Virus record (IMG/VR): IMGVR_UViG_3300042197_003319
Coordinates: 1 to 64,000 of that record
Direction: 5' to 3' (one strand)
DNA length: 64,000 nt
DNA from: a virus
Part shown: positions 28,066 through 36,685 of the stretch, piece by piece
Position numbering within the stretch: position 1 is the stretch's first letter
Layout: every line of letters begins with the position of its first letter
Notes under the pieces: model-generated
Told to the model about the DNA's origin: nothing
Seen by the model: only the letters and a program-made list of their open reading frames with translations
The model's database searches: none
Position numbers and translations under genes: made by a program

Positions 28066-28334
28066 AACTCCCAAGCTGGCGGCCCCACGACGAGGTGCCG
28101 GAGACAAACCACGATCTGACCAAGCGGGTGGCAGACCTGGAGAACAGGTTTACCAACCTGTGGCTGACCGTGGGTGATTACGTCGGCCGCCTCAAGTCAC
28201 TCGAACTCCACGAGCAGTGGCGGGGGGAGTACGACATGCGGGAGATGGATCTCTACCACAAAGCCAAGATCAAGGCGTGGATGAACGAGGAAGAGACACT
28301 TTCGAAGCCCAAAAAGAAACGGAAGAAAAAATGA
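28062..28334 (+). CDS. hypothetical protein
   Basis: GTGA and ATGA overlaps. Confidence 0.55.
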   Translation: MKLPSWRPHDEVPETNHDLTKRVADLENRFTNLWLTVGDYVGRLKSLELHEQWRGEYDMREMDLYHKAKIKAWMNEEETLSKPKKKRKKK

Positions 28335-28555
28335 GTCAGTGGACTTTCCTGCCAACCGAACGCTGGGTGCAGACGCCGAAAGGTGAAGGCATCTGGCTTG
28401 CGGTCATTGACTACGGAAAGTCCGACAATCCCATCTACCTGGTTGAGCTCAACGAAGACGGCAAACACATCTGCGTCGACATGAGCGAGATCCGGGGAAC
28501 CGAAAACCAGATGTTTGGCATCAAACGGCCTGACCTGCCTGAAAGGACCATGTGA
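28331..28555 (+). CDS. hypothetical phage protein
   Basis: VQTPKGEG..LAVIDYG pattern; overlaps with neighbours. Confidence 0.6.
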   Translation: MSQWTFLPTERWVQTPKGEGIWLAVIDYGKSDNPIYLVELNEDGKHICVDMSEIRGTENQMFGIKRPDLPERTM

Positions 28556-30693
28556 AGACCACCCTATTTAGAATCCCCAACCTCCAATCCCGTAGCGCCG
28601 AACCCATTAAACCGTGGGACGTGGGTTCCCTTTCCTTCCCGACCTTCAAAGAGAAGGAGGAGTTCCGCAAGTGGTGCGCCGAGGACACCACCGACTACGT
28701 CTTTGTTTCCAGCTTCGAGGGTTTGAACCCGCACGTTCGGGTCAGCAAATCGAATGAGCCTTTCAAGATGCACGGCCTGATTGCCGATTATGACGCTCCC
28801 TTGACCGACGAGCAGCTCCTGGAAGGTCTGGCCCGCGGGTCCAAGCCTGGCTTCAAGCCCATGTACGCCCACAAGACCTTCTCCTCCGGAGCCCGTGTGG
28901 TCTGGATGTTTGAGGAGCCGGTCTATGTGCTGCCGGGAGTACTGAAAGAATTCCTCCACCTGCTGGTCAAGGAGACCAAGGCCAAGACCTTGTTCCCCAG
29001 AATGGACGAGGCCATCTACAAGCCCGACCAGTACTACGCCTGGTTTCCGGGAGCGGTGAAGTTCGCCGACCAGCCCATCCGCACCGAGGCCGTCCACAGC
29101 GTCCTGTCCGAGGCCGTAGAGAAATCCAAGAAGTACCGGGGCGAAGGGGAGATTCACATTCCCCTGGATCGGGTTTACGCGAAGGTTCAGGAGGTCTATC
29201 CGGGCCGGTGGACAGGGGCCTTCGAGGAAGGTTTGCGGGGACCGCTGTTCTGGATCGAGGATAACATCGACCGGACCGGTGCCCAGGTCACCAAGACCGG
29301 GATGATCTCCTACTCGACCCGCTCGACCAAGGGCTTCATGTCCTGGGCGGATCTGTTCGGGGCTGGCTGGGTCCAGGAATTCGTCGAGGACCGCTACGGC
29401 GGCCCACTTCAGACCTTCTGGTATGACGGCAAGTTTTATTGGAAAAAGGACCTGGAGGGAAACTGGCGCAATTCCGGAAAGGACGACACCCGCCACGATA
29501 TCGTCGGGTCCTTTGGTTTATCCTCCTGTCCGGACAGCCGTGGGGATCTTTCCGAAGCCGACGAGTCCATGCGCCGCATCCGGGAGTCGCGGATTGTAAA
29601 CGGGTCACTCCCTGCCCTCTACGACCCGCGGGACATCGTCGTCCAGAACGGGGAAAGAATGCTTAACATCTCCCGGATCAAGGTCATTCAGCCCGAGGAA
29701 GGCAGACACGAATGGGGCCAGGGCTTCCCCTGGCTGGCCAAGTTTTTCGACACCGCCATCGAGCCCCATGAATCGCTCCCCTACCTCATGGGTTGGCTGA
29801 AACATTTCTACTGCTCAGCCTTGCGGGGGAACCTCATGCCTGGGCAGGCTGTCTTCGTCGCCGGCGACGTGGGCCTGGGGAAGACATTCTTCGGCACCGA
29901 GATCGTAGCCCGGCTGATGGGGGGTGGCGCCAACGCCTCCGATTACCTCGTCCACGGGTCGACCTTTAACGCAGAACTCTTTAACTACGCCGTCTGGAAC
30001 GTGGACGACGCCAGCTCAGCTGATTCCAGCGAGGCTCATCGCCACTACAGCCGAATGATCAAGCAGGGGGTGGCCAACACAAGGCACTCCTACCACAGGA
30101 AGTTCATGGACCAGGTCACACTTGAATGGCGGGGCCGGATCATCCAGACGCTGAACGACGATCCTGAATCCGTCCAGGCTGTGCCCCATACCGACGGAAG
30201 TATTCTGGACAAGATCAGCCTCTTCAAGTTCCAGGCCCACGGCATGTTTGACAGTATCAAAAGATGTGACATTCCAGCGATGTTGGCAAAAGAATTGCCC
30301 CACTTTGCAGCCTGGTTGAGGGACTGGGAGGTTCCGGATCATGTGGTCGGCGATACTCGATACGGTGTCAAATCCTACCACCATCCTCTGCTCCTGGCCG
30401 AAAGTCGTGCCTCCTCGGCCAACCACAGCTTCATGGAGTATTTGGACGTCTTCCTGCGCCAATACAAGGCCGACCATCCAGAAGAGACGAGCTGGAAGGG
30501 GCCGGCGATCGATCTCCTACTAGCCTTCCAGAACGACGCCAAGCTGTCGGGTAGCGTGAAGATGTTTATCTCAAGCTCACGCCACCTAGGCAAAATGTTG
30601 GCGAACCTGTCAGTTATCAAGGGCAGCGGTATAAAGCGAATGCTGAAGCTAGACGGGGTTACTCAATGGAAAATTGACTTGCCGACCGATTGA
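28552..30693 (+). CDS. primase-helicase (AEP-like N-terminus, SF3/DUF5906-type P-loop NTPase)
   Basis: LIADYD and HKTFSSG primase-like motifs; GDVGLGKT; NVDD; TLND. Confidence 0.8.
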   Translation: MKTTLFRIPNLQSRSAEPIKPWDVGSLSFPTFKEKEEFRKWCAEDTTDYVFVSSFEGLNPHVRVSKSNEPFKMHGLIADYDAPLTDEQLLEGLARGSKPGFKPMYAHKTFSSGARVVWMFEEPVYVLPGVLKEFLHLLVKETKAKTLFPRMDEAIYKPDQYYAWFPGAVKFADQPIRTEAVHSVLSEAVEKSKKYRGEGEIHIPLDRVYAKVQEVYPGRWTGAFEEGLRGPLFWIEDNIDRTGAQVTKTGMISYSTRSTKGFMSWADLFGAGWVQEFVEDRYGGPLQTFWYDGKFYWKKDLEGNWRNSGKDDTRHDIVGSFGLSSCPDSRGDLSEADESMRRIRESRIVNGSLPALYDPRDIVVQNGERMLNISRIKVIQPEEGRHEWGQGFPWLAKFFDTAIEPHESLPYLMGWLKHFYCSALRGNLMPGQAVFVAGDVGLGKTFFGTEIVARLMGGGANASDYLVHGSTFNAELFNYAVWNVDDASSADSSEAHRHYSRMIKQGVANTRHSYHRKFMDQVTLEWRGRIIQTLNDDPESVQAVPHTDGSILDKISLFKFQAHGMFDSIKRCDIPAMLAKELPHFAAWLRDWEVPDHVVGDTRYGVKSYHHPLLLAESRASSANHSFMEYLDVFLRQYKADHPEETSWKGPAIDLLLAFQNDAKLSGSVKMFISSSRHLGKMLANLSVIKGSGIKRMLKLDGVTQWKIDLPTD

Positions 30694-30723
30694 CAATCTT
30701 AAACACCAACTACAATAAATCCA

Positions 30724-31113
30724 ATGGCCAACGAACCACTTGTCACGGACAGCGAAAATCAGTCTTTACGTAAAATCAACGCGGAAATCTCCGCCTTAAA
30801 CGCGGACGTTGCCGACGGAATTTCGCTTCAGGGCTTTTCTACCGTTAGTACTGTTTCAGTAGACTATGCCAATCACGCGGGTGGGACAGGTGGGTCGGCC
30901 CAGTTTTTAGAAACTCAGGCAAACAGGAAATACCTTATTTTGACGTGCACGACTGGAACGGCGTTTATTGGTTTCGGCTCAGCAGCAGTGTCTTCCACAG
31001 ACTATGCGATAAAACTACGCGATGCCGAAGTATACGAACTAAGCGGTTACGCCGGGGCTGTTCAAGTAAAACTAGACCCGGGAAGCTCAATTAGAAGCAC
31101 AAGCATTTCTTAA
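30724..31113 (+). CDS. accessory virion protein, paralogue of 11016..12290
   Basis: Shared N-terminal D...SLRK motif and C-terminal ANR[RK]YL....[YF]I.FG domain. Confidence 0.6.
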   Translation: MANEPLVTDSENQSLRKINAEISALNADVADGISLQGFSTVSTVSVDYANHAGGTGGSAQFLETQANRKYLILTCTTGTAFIGFGSAAVSSTDYAIKLRDAEVYELSGYAGAVQVKLDPGSSIRSTSIS

Positions 31114-31129
31114 TCGGCTAGCTACAAAA

Positions 31130-32053
31130 ATGCCACTAAGAAAAAGATTGCGCTCAGCCAGTCCGTATGAAATTTTTGGCAACAAGCCAAACATAAATTT
31201 ATTACATTGGTTCGACGCTTCCGATTCTTCGAGGGTTGGCGGCCAGAAAATAAGAGACAAACGCGATTCTACCTTTGCTCAAAACGCAATCGCTGGGATG
31301 CCAAACTTAACTACGTTTGGGGGAGTTCAAGATGTGTCGACAGGAGCCATTAACGGAATTCCGTGTGCAGGGTTAAACGGCACAAGCGGGGGCCATCTCG
31401 TGCTTTGCAATGCTGGGGGAACCACGTACAGTCCGGTATTCGGCGGGATCGGAGCTTCGACATCAAGTATTTGGAATACAGAAAACCAGGCGGTCTTTAT
31501 TGCCGGGGTTTTTACCAACACAAACACCGGAACGGCTGGAGCAGCCGGGACTACTTTCTTCTCTCAAAACATATCAGACGCAACTAGCGGAAGATTGTTG
31601 CACTGTTTTAGGGTTTACCCTGACACTTACGGAACTAGAGGAACTACTTTCTGGGTAAAAGGGACAGACAGGACGATTTTTGACGACACGGCAATTCCCC
31701 AAGAAGCTCCTGCGGTAATTACGTTTCTTCAAAGATCTGGGGCAACCCCAAGACAAGTGTTAAGCGCGTGCAGCAGGTACATAAACGTTGGCGTAAACCC
31801 CAACGCGTCTTATGTGGCGGCTAATGAAGCGGCAGCTAATTTTAGAATTGGAGCCAGAATCGGGGCTAACGGAAACCCAACAGCTTTAATGACTGGAGCG
31901 TTTGGGGAGTTAGTGGTCGTAACTACAACAAACATAGTCGGGACTATTTTGGAAGAGTTTGCCAATCCGGTTTCTGGGGCAGCACCGAAACTACTAAAAA
32001 ATTACTTTATCGAGAAATGGAAACTAGCCGAAGGGGCATATTTAAACTTCTAG
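31130..32053 (+). CDS. beta-sandwich (LamG/ConA-like) accessory virion protein
   Basis: LLHWFDASD...IG....GAFGELVV...YF.EKW pattern. Confidence 0.55.
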   Translation: MPLRKRLRSASPYEIFGNKPNINLLHWFDASDSSRVGGQKIRDKRDSTFAQNAIAGMPNLTTFGGVQDVSTGAINGIPCAGLNGTSGGHLVLCNAGGTTYSPVFGGIGASTSSIWNTENQAVFIAGVFTNTNTGTAGAAGTTFFSQNISDATSGRLLHCFRVYPDTYGTRGTTFWVKGTDRTIFDDTAIPQEAPAVITFLQRSGATPRQVLSACSRYINVGVNPNASYVAANEAAANFRIGARIGANGNPTALMTGAFGELVVVTTTNIVGTILEEFANPVSGAAPKLLKNYFIEKWKLAEGAYLNF

Positions 32054-32189
32054 TAAACCTTTGGCGTTGCGGCAGGATTCTTTGGATGCACTTTAGATAA
32101 AACGTTGCACTTGGACTAACTACCTACAGGCCAACAATTTAAACAATAAAAAATGGGTTAGGGCGTTGTTGGTCACGATTTCAAACCCA

Positions 32190-32362
32190 TATCCTACAAA
32201 ATATATTTATTTGGCCACAAAATATATTCCTATAACCCCCTCTTCTATATAATACACTTTAATACACTAATACACTTATAAGATAGAAGTATATAGAATA
32301 GAAGGGGTTACAAAAAGTGGGTTTGCCAGTGTATTGACGTTAGGCCCGGATTAACACACTTA
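32190..32362. repeat. AT-rich iteron-like cluster, candidate replication origin
   Basis: TAATACACT x3 (32250-32276) inside an inverted repeat; inverted copy at 32328; ACAAAATATATT x2. Confidence 0.5.
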
Positions 32363-32371
32363 TGGTTGACG

Positions 32372-32542
32372 CTACAAGTATTTAGAAAAGGCTTTTGCGG
32401 CTTTTTTGCATACCTTTCTAACCCTCCCCGATAGCTCCTTAAAGATCCCGGCTATACCCATTGAGACGAGGGTTGCAGCCAGTAGGGCCAAGACCGAACC
32501 GAAAGACGATATAGCGTCTCGTATAAGCGGATCCTGGATCAT
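32372..32542 (-). CDS. small membrane protein
   Basis: MIQDPLIRDAISSFGSVLALLAATLVSMGIAG...; ATGA overlap. Confidence 0.45.
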   Translation of the reverse strand: MIQDPLIRDAISSFGSVLALLAATLVSMGIAGIFKELSGRVRKVCKKAAKAFSKYL

Positions 32543-32688
32543 ATCTCGTCGACCTCGTCTATGCGGTCGTCGACCTTGTCGCCGTCCTGGTCGATGAAGT
32601 TTAGCGGATCCCTGGCGAAGACCTGGTGCGCATCCAGGAATTGTTCGACAATGAATTGCTCTTCCAGCTTTTTTGTGTGTTTGTCCAT
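32539..32688 (-). CDS. small acidic protein (49 aa, not in the ORF track)
   Basis: MDKHTKKLEEQFIVEQFLDAHQVFARDPLNFIDQDGDKVDDRIDEVDEI. Confidence 0.5.
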   Translation of the reverse strand: MDKHTKKLEEQFIVEQFLDAHQVFARDPLNFIDQDGDKVDDRIDEVDEI

Positions 32689-32700
32689 TCATCGAGTCTG

Positions 32701-32739
32701 AAAAAGACCCGAGAGTGTCAACCCCTCTTGGGGGTTTTT
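32701..32739. terminator. likely bidirectional intrinsic terminator
   Basis: AAAAAGACCCGAGAG..CTCTTGGGGGTTTTT. Confidence 0.55.
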
Positions 32740-32740
32740 G

Positions 32741-33115
32741 TTATTCCCCGATGGGCTGAGCAGTGATCGGGTCGACAACTTCGGGTGCTGTCTCCCCTTC
32801 CGCTACAACAGTCCCGTTGGGAAGCGGCGTAGTTTCGGGCTTGCTTGTTTCTTGCGCAGGTAATGTCTCTTGGTTTTCGGGGGCCACTATTTGGTTTATG
32901 AGAACAATGCCAGGACCTCTTAAATTGATCGTCTGAGGATTAAGCTCAATTGCCGGCAACTCTACTTTTTTTTCCACAACTGTCACCGGGGTGCCTTCTA
33001 TCAGGTTGACTGAAGTGGGTAGAATTTGAGGCTCAGGGATGATTGTGACAGAGCCGGCTTGTACCGGCATAGATTCCGCCTTTACGTTAAGGCCGGTTAT
33101 TGAGGTATCCGACAT
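32741..33115 (-). CDS. Pro/Glu/Thr-rich hypothetical protein
   Basis: AGGAG RBS; low complexity. Confidence 0.55.
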   Translation of the reverse strand: MSDTSITGLNVKAESMPVQAGSVTIIPEPQILPTSVNLIEGTPVTVVEKKVELPAIELNPQTINLRGPGIVLINQIVAPENQETLPAQETSKPETTPLPNGTVVAEGETAPEVVDPITAQPIGE

Positions 33116-33120
33116 GTCTT

Positions 33121-33267
33121 TTATCTCCTGGCGGCGGCTGCGTTATCGACCAGGTTGGGGTATTTCCTGCCGGCTTTTCTGGCCCTTTCCCTCGCCCAGG
33201 CAATGTCACGCGGAGACAATTTCTTGTCTTTCTTTGTGGGGTCGGGCTTTTTCCAAAAAGGCTTCAT
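33121..33267 (-). CDS. small basic phage protein
   Basis: MKPFWKK...AGRKYPNLVDN; TAATG overlap. Confidence 0.6.
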   Translation of the reverse strand: MKPFWKKPDPTKKDKKLSPRDIAWARERARKAGRKYPNLVDNAAAARR

Positions 33268-33524
33268 TAGCAGTTCCAGAGCACCTTTCTTGACCAGTAG
33301 TTGGCCGAAAGCTTTCCGTCCCCTCCCTTGATCCCACCGCTCCTGGCGCAATAGCTTTTCCTGCGCTTCTCGCTTTTGTGCTGACGGTAATCCTGCATGG
33401 AGCTGTCACCAAAATGGACAAGCCGCTCCTTCCCGTTCGCACAGGCCTTAACCATCATTTTCTTTCCAGGCCTTGTGCTTTTCCGTGGCTTGTTACAAGG
33501 CATGTTGGCTTTTCCGAGCGGCAT
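33267..33524 (-). CDS. small basic viral protein (DUF5754-like)
   Basis: KK..V.....LVHFGD...DY..H....RRKSY.AR......SANYWS..LW. Confidence 0.65.
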   Translation of the reverse strand: MPLGKANMPCNKPRKSTRPGKKMMVKACANGKERLVHFGDSSMQDYRQHKSEKRRKSYCARSGGIKGGDGKLSANYWSRKVLWNC

Positions 33525-33528
33525 GACT

Positions 33529-34125
33529 TCAGTTTACAACGATCTTATTTTTTTGCACTACCCCTCCCCATGAACCTTTGGGGAAAGCGTTAAACGCGAT
33601 TGAGTACCTCGGCTCGTCGTCAAGATTAAGCCTGACCCCGTGCCTGAGGTTTGACGGGAAGACCACCAACCTTCCCCGTTTGGCTGCAAGCTCCGCAGAC
33701 TCCCGGTCCTCCCCGTACAGAAAGAACAGATTCCGTTTCCATAGATTGACGTTGTCCGAAAAGTACGTTTCACCCCCCTTTCCTTCCGTCAGGTAAAATA
33801 CCCCGCTTACCAGGGAGTTGTTGTGCATGTGAAAGTGATGCTCAAAGCCCGTCTCTGTCAGGTTGGCCCAGGAAAGTATAATCTCCAACTTTGGGAACGG
33901 GTACCCAACCCTTTGGTTAACTGTCGCCAAACATTGGTCGAACCATTCGTGGAGTTCCTGGAATTCCGGTTTTGTGTGCAGGTCGGCCGCCTTGGTTATC
34001 AAATTGGCCGCCGTGTTCTCAAATTGCTCTTTTTTAACAGCTGCCAAAGCCGAGCTTGTTAGCTCATCGCTCGCCTGGAACGTAAACAGGCTAAGCCCAA
34101 GGATCTTTTGCTCCTGCATTTTCAA
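33529..34125 (-). CDS. putative 2OG-Fe(II) oxygenase (TIGR02466-like)
   Basis: SWAN, HxH (HMH), SGVFYL, FPSNLRHGV, RYSIAFN. Confidence 0.85.
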   Translation of the reverse strand: MKMQEQKILGLSLFTFQASDELTSSALAAVKKEQFENTAANLITKAADLHTKPEFQELHEWFDQCLATVNQRVGYPFPKLEIILSWANLTETGFEHHFHMHNNSLVSGVFYLTEGKGGETYFSDNVNLWKRNLFFLYGEDRESAELAAKRGRLVVFPSNLRHGVRLNLDDEPRYSIAFNAFPKGSWGGVVQKNKIVVN

Positions 34126-34159
34126 AGTTTACCTGGGTTTGATTTCTGTCCAGGGCGCG

Positions 34160-34240
34160 AAAAATTAAAAAATTTTTTTTAATCCCCTCTATTAAACGTT
34201 ATGAACCGCCAGAGGGGGGGTGGGGGGGAGGGGGGTGGTG
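34160..34240. other. A/T palindrome plus G-run tract (possible packaging/terminus signal, G-quadruplex-capable)
   Basis: ATTAAAAAATTTTTTTTAAT followed by G7-T-G7-A-G6. Confidence 0.4.
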
Positions 34241-34463
34241 CGTAGCGGTTTTGCCGAGGCTCGACCTTCGGTCGTTCGTCTCGCAAACCGAAACTCGTTT
34301 GAGGCGGCTCGCTTTGAGCCGTTCGGTCAATGCGTGGCCAACGCCAGTTCTTTTTGGTTAAAGCTCCCGCTTCCTCTCCGAGGTTGCGGGTTGCGATGTG
34401 CGGCTGGTTGTCTCGATCGAGACATCGGCTTCACACTCAACCCGTAACTATGGAGTCATAACT

Positions 34464-34907
34464 ATGAATAACAACGAAGCAACTACACTGGTGAAATCAT
34501 TCAACAACATCGATTTGGGTAAGTCGATGCGGTTGTTCAGTTCCTCTAACAAAGAGGACATCGCCAAGATCGGTGGCCAAACCCGTGCCGAAATCCGCAA
34601 GTCTTTGCGTGATTCCGGTCTCTCGGGCAACGCCCTGACCGCGGCGGTGAACGAGCGTTACTGCTCGCAGCTGGGCAAGTCCACCCTCGCTGGTAAAACC
34701 CTCGAGGCTGCTTTCGAGCAGACGGGCGCCCAGATCACCAATCAGACGGCGCGCCGGTCGAAGGGCATGCTCAAGCTCGTCACCACGCGCTCCAAGTTCG
34801 TTCCCGTAACCACGGAGGACGAGCTCGCAACCGTCGAGGCCAAGATCGCTCTGCTCAAGGCCAAGGCAGCCGAGCTCGCCGCGGAAGCCAAGACAATCGA
34901 AGCCTAA
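34464..34907 (+). CDS. hypothetical early protein
   Basis: GGAG RBS; biased codons; C-terminal coiled coil; own terminator. Confidence 0.7.
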   Translation: MNNNEATTLVKSFNNIDLGKSMRLFSSSNKEDIAKIGGQTRAEIRKSLRDSGLSGNALTAAVNERYCSQLGKSTLAGKTLEAAFEQTGAQITNQTARRSKGMLKLVTTRSKFVPVTTEDELATVEAKIALLKAKAAELAAEAKTIEA

Positions 34908-34926
34908 GCAACCTAGGCTCGACAAC

Positions 34927-34965
34927 GGAGGTCAGGGGTTTTCATCCCCCTGGCCTCCTTTTTTT
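34927..34965 (+). terminator. intrinsic terminator
   Basis: GGAGGTCAGGGG-loop-CCCCTGGCCTCC followed by T7. Confidence 0.8.
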
Positions 34966-35007
34966 GTGTAGGTTTGGGGTCTTAACCCAATGGGTTTCTC
35001 TGTAGAA

Positions 35008-35469
35008 TCAGGATTCTTGACAATTCTTGACAGGCTGCGAATCCGCAACTTGTTGTAACACCGCAATATTGACAATTCCGCCTTTCGTCCCGTTTGCCTG
35101 ATCGTTCAGGCCAAGGGCCGGACGGGCGATCTTATCAATTTTGCCCAGAGCCTCGAAGTGCTGGTCGACTTCACGGACAGTCGCCGGCGTCGCGGCCTCA
35201 AGCACGGCTAACCCTTTGTCAACCTGCGTGACTACCCTTTCCAGGTATCCACCCGCGCGATTAGCCAACGTTTGCACAGTCTTTTCCGCCTGTTTGACCT
35301 GTATGGCATCTCTCAATGCAAGGCGCTTTGTAGCCCATCCTCCGCGCCGAATTCGGGCCTCTAGAGTGCTTGGCTTGAGTTTGTAGAACGTTGCAAGGTC
35401 AACAACTCGGGTTCCTCTTAGGTAATCAGCCTCAACCAATTTCCAATCTACGCCTATGTCCTTCGGCAT
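35008..35469 (-). CDS. terminase small subunit-like HTH protein
   Basis: DW..VEADY..G.....LA..Y.....TL..RIRRGGW N-terminus; helical middle; IVNIAVL C-terminal strand. Confidence 0.65.
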   Translation of the reverse strand: MPKDIGVDWKLVEADYLRGTRVVDLATFYKLKPSTLEARIRRGGWATKRLALRDAIQVKQAEKTVQTLANRAGGYLERVVTQVDKGLAVLEAATPATVREVDQHFEALGKIDKIARPALGLNDQANGTKGGIVNIAVLQQVADSQPVKNCQES

Positions 35470-35510
35470 AGATGACTTATAACAGAAGGACAGAAAGTAG
35501 TCAATACACC

Positions 35511-35783
35511 ATGCAAACCAACCAAATCGAGGCGGTCTTGCGGGATGTTAACTATATGGCCCGGGTCAATGACCTGGTCGTTAACGCCCCTGCAAAACCC
35601 TCCCCGAACGTCCCACGAACCTTCGCTGAAGGGGTCAGCAGACTTGAGTCCAGCCCAGCTACTTCTTACTGGCTCATGGATGCTGTCCGAGACCTGGACA
35701 AACGTGACCCGGTGGATGCGTTGAACGACGCGGAAACCCTGGTCTTTCTGTTCAAGCTCAAGCTTGGCGAACCGACGACATGA
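35511..35783 (+). CDS. hypothetical early protein
   Basis: SYWL.DA......RDPVDALNDAE.L motif. Confidence 0.6.
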   Translation: MQTNQIEAVLRDVNYMARVNDLVVNAPAKPSPNVPRTFAEGVSRLESSPATSYWLMDAVRDLDKRDPVDALNDAETLVFLFKLKLGEPTT

Positions 35784-35844
35784 CGCTGGCAAGACTTCGC
35801 AGGCTGTTTAAGAAGGCAGCCCGCATGAAAGAAAGGAGGCTCGC

Positions 35845-36078
35845 ATGAGCCATGCATTGGAAGACGACATCCTTGCAACGATGGTTAGTCCCGTTGTGGT
35901 GGGGCAGATCATCGACAAGGACGACGGAACCCGGGAGATCGTGACCTGGGTTGGCAACAACGACGGTGAGATCAACGTGATCACCGAGGTTCTGGCCGGC
36001 AAGGGCCGGTACTATTCGGTCGATCACAACCACAAGCTGGTCGACGCCATTGGCCGGCCGGTCACCTGGTCCAGATAG
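35845..36078 (+). CDS. hypothetical early protein
   Basis: AAAGGAGG RBS. Confidence 0.65.
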   Translation: MSHALEDDILATMVSPVVVGQIIDKDDGTREIVTWVGNNDGEINVITEVLAGKGRYYSVDHNHKLVDAIGRPVTWSR

Positions 36079-36095
36079 CAAATAGTTCAGTCAAG

Positions 36096-36139
36096 AAAGG
36101 GGGAGATGAGGCTTAACGGCCTTGTCTCCCCCTTTTTTT
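36096..36139 (+). terminator. intrinsic terminator
   Basis: GGGGGAGAT...GTCTCCCCC followed by T7. Confidence 0.75.
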
Positions 36140-36192
36140 GTGGACGGACAACAAACCAAACAACCAACCCCGTCCCGAAAGGATAAACAACC

Positions 36193-36384
36193 ATGAATAA
36201 CAATAGCATCCGCGTATTGTACGGCCAAGACGGCGGTATGATCCGCGTCAGCAGCATCGAAACCCCCAACCACAACGAAGCCGGTGCGCCCAAGCGTTAC
36301 CGCTTCGAGCTGGAAGGCGATTCGGAGCTGTTTGAGACCTACACCCCCGGTCAACGCAACGTCGTGCTCGAGGCGGTACTCTAA
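36193..36384 (+). CDS. hypothetical early protein
   Basis: AAAGGA RBS. Confidence 0.6.
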   Translation: MNNNSIRVLYGQDGGMIRVSSIETPNHNEAGAPKRYRFELEGDSELFETYTPGQRNVVLEAVL

Positions 36385-36578
36385 TGAAGTTCATCTGGCG
36401 TACCCCCAACAAAAGCAGCTCGACCAAGCACATCACCATTCAGCGCTACATTCCCAAGGAGTGGCGCCAGACGCACACGGAGCGCGAGAACTGGCATCAG
36501 TACCGCAAGGAACAGATGGTCAGGACGCCCCAGAATGCGCCCCTGGTTGGTCTTGACAGTCTCTTGACTGTTTCTTGA
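36384..36578 (+). CDS. hypothetical early protein
   Basis: TAATG overlap. Confidence 0.5.
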   Translation: MKFIWRTPNKSSSTKHITIQRYIPKEWRQTHTERENWHQYRKEQMVRTPQNAPLVGLDSLLTVS

Positions 36579-36579
36579 C
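36551..36579 (+). repeat. three TCTTGAC boxes at 11-bp spacing
   Basis: Copies start at 36551, 36562 and 36573. Confidence 0.7.
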
Positions 36580-36685
36580 AGATATCTGTCCTGTCCCCTA
36601 GACCAGTACAGACAGGCTGGCCCCGTCGGATTCATAACTCCGGCGGGGTCAGAAGCCTGCACTGCAGGAGAAAAGGAGACACACT

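Noticed and set aside
32545-32595. CGTCGACCT repeats as a possible CRISPR or regulatory repeat
   Set aside because: Explained by repeated [KE]VD[DE] codons in the small acidic ORF 32539-32688.
34220-34447. 75-aa ORF over the G-tract region
   Set aside because: GTG start inside a G-run, no RBS; the sequence is better explained by secondary structure.
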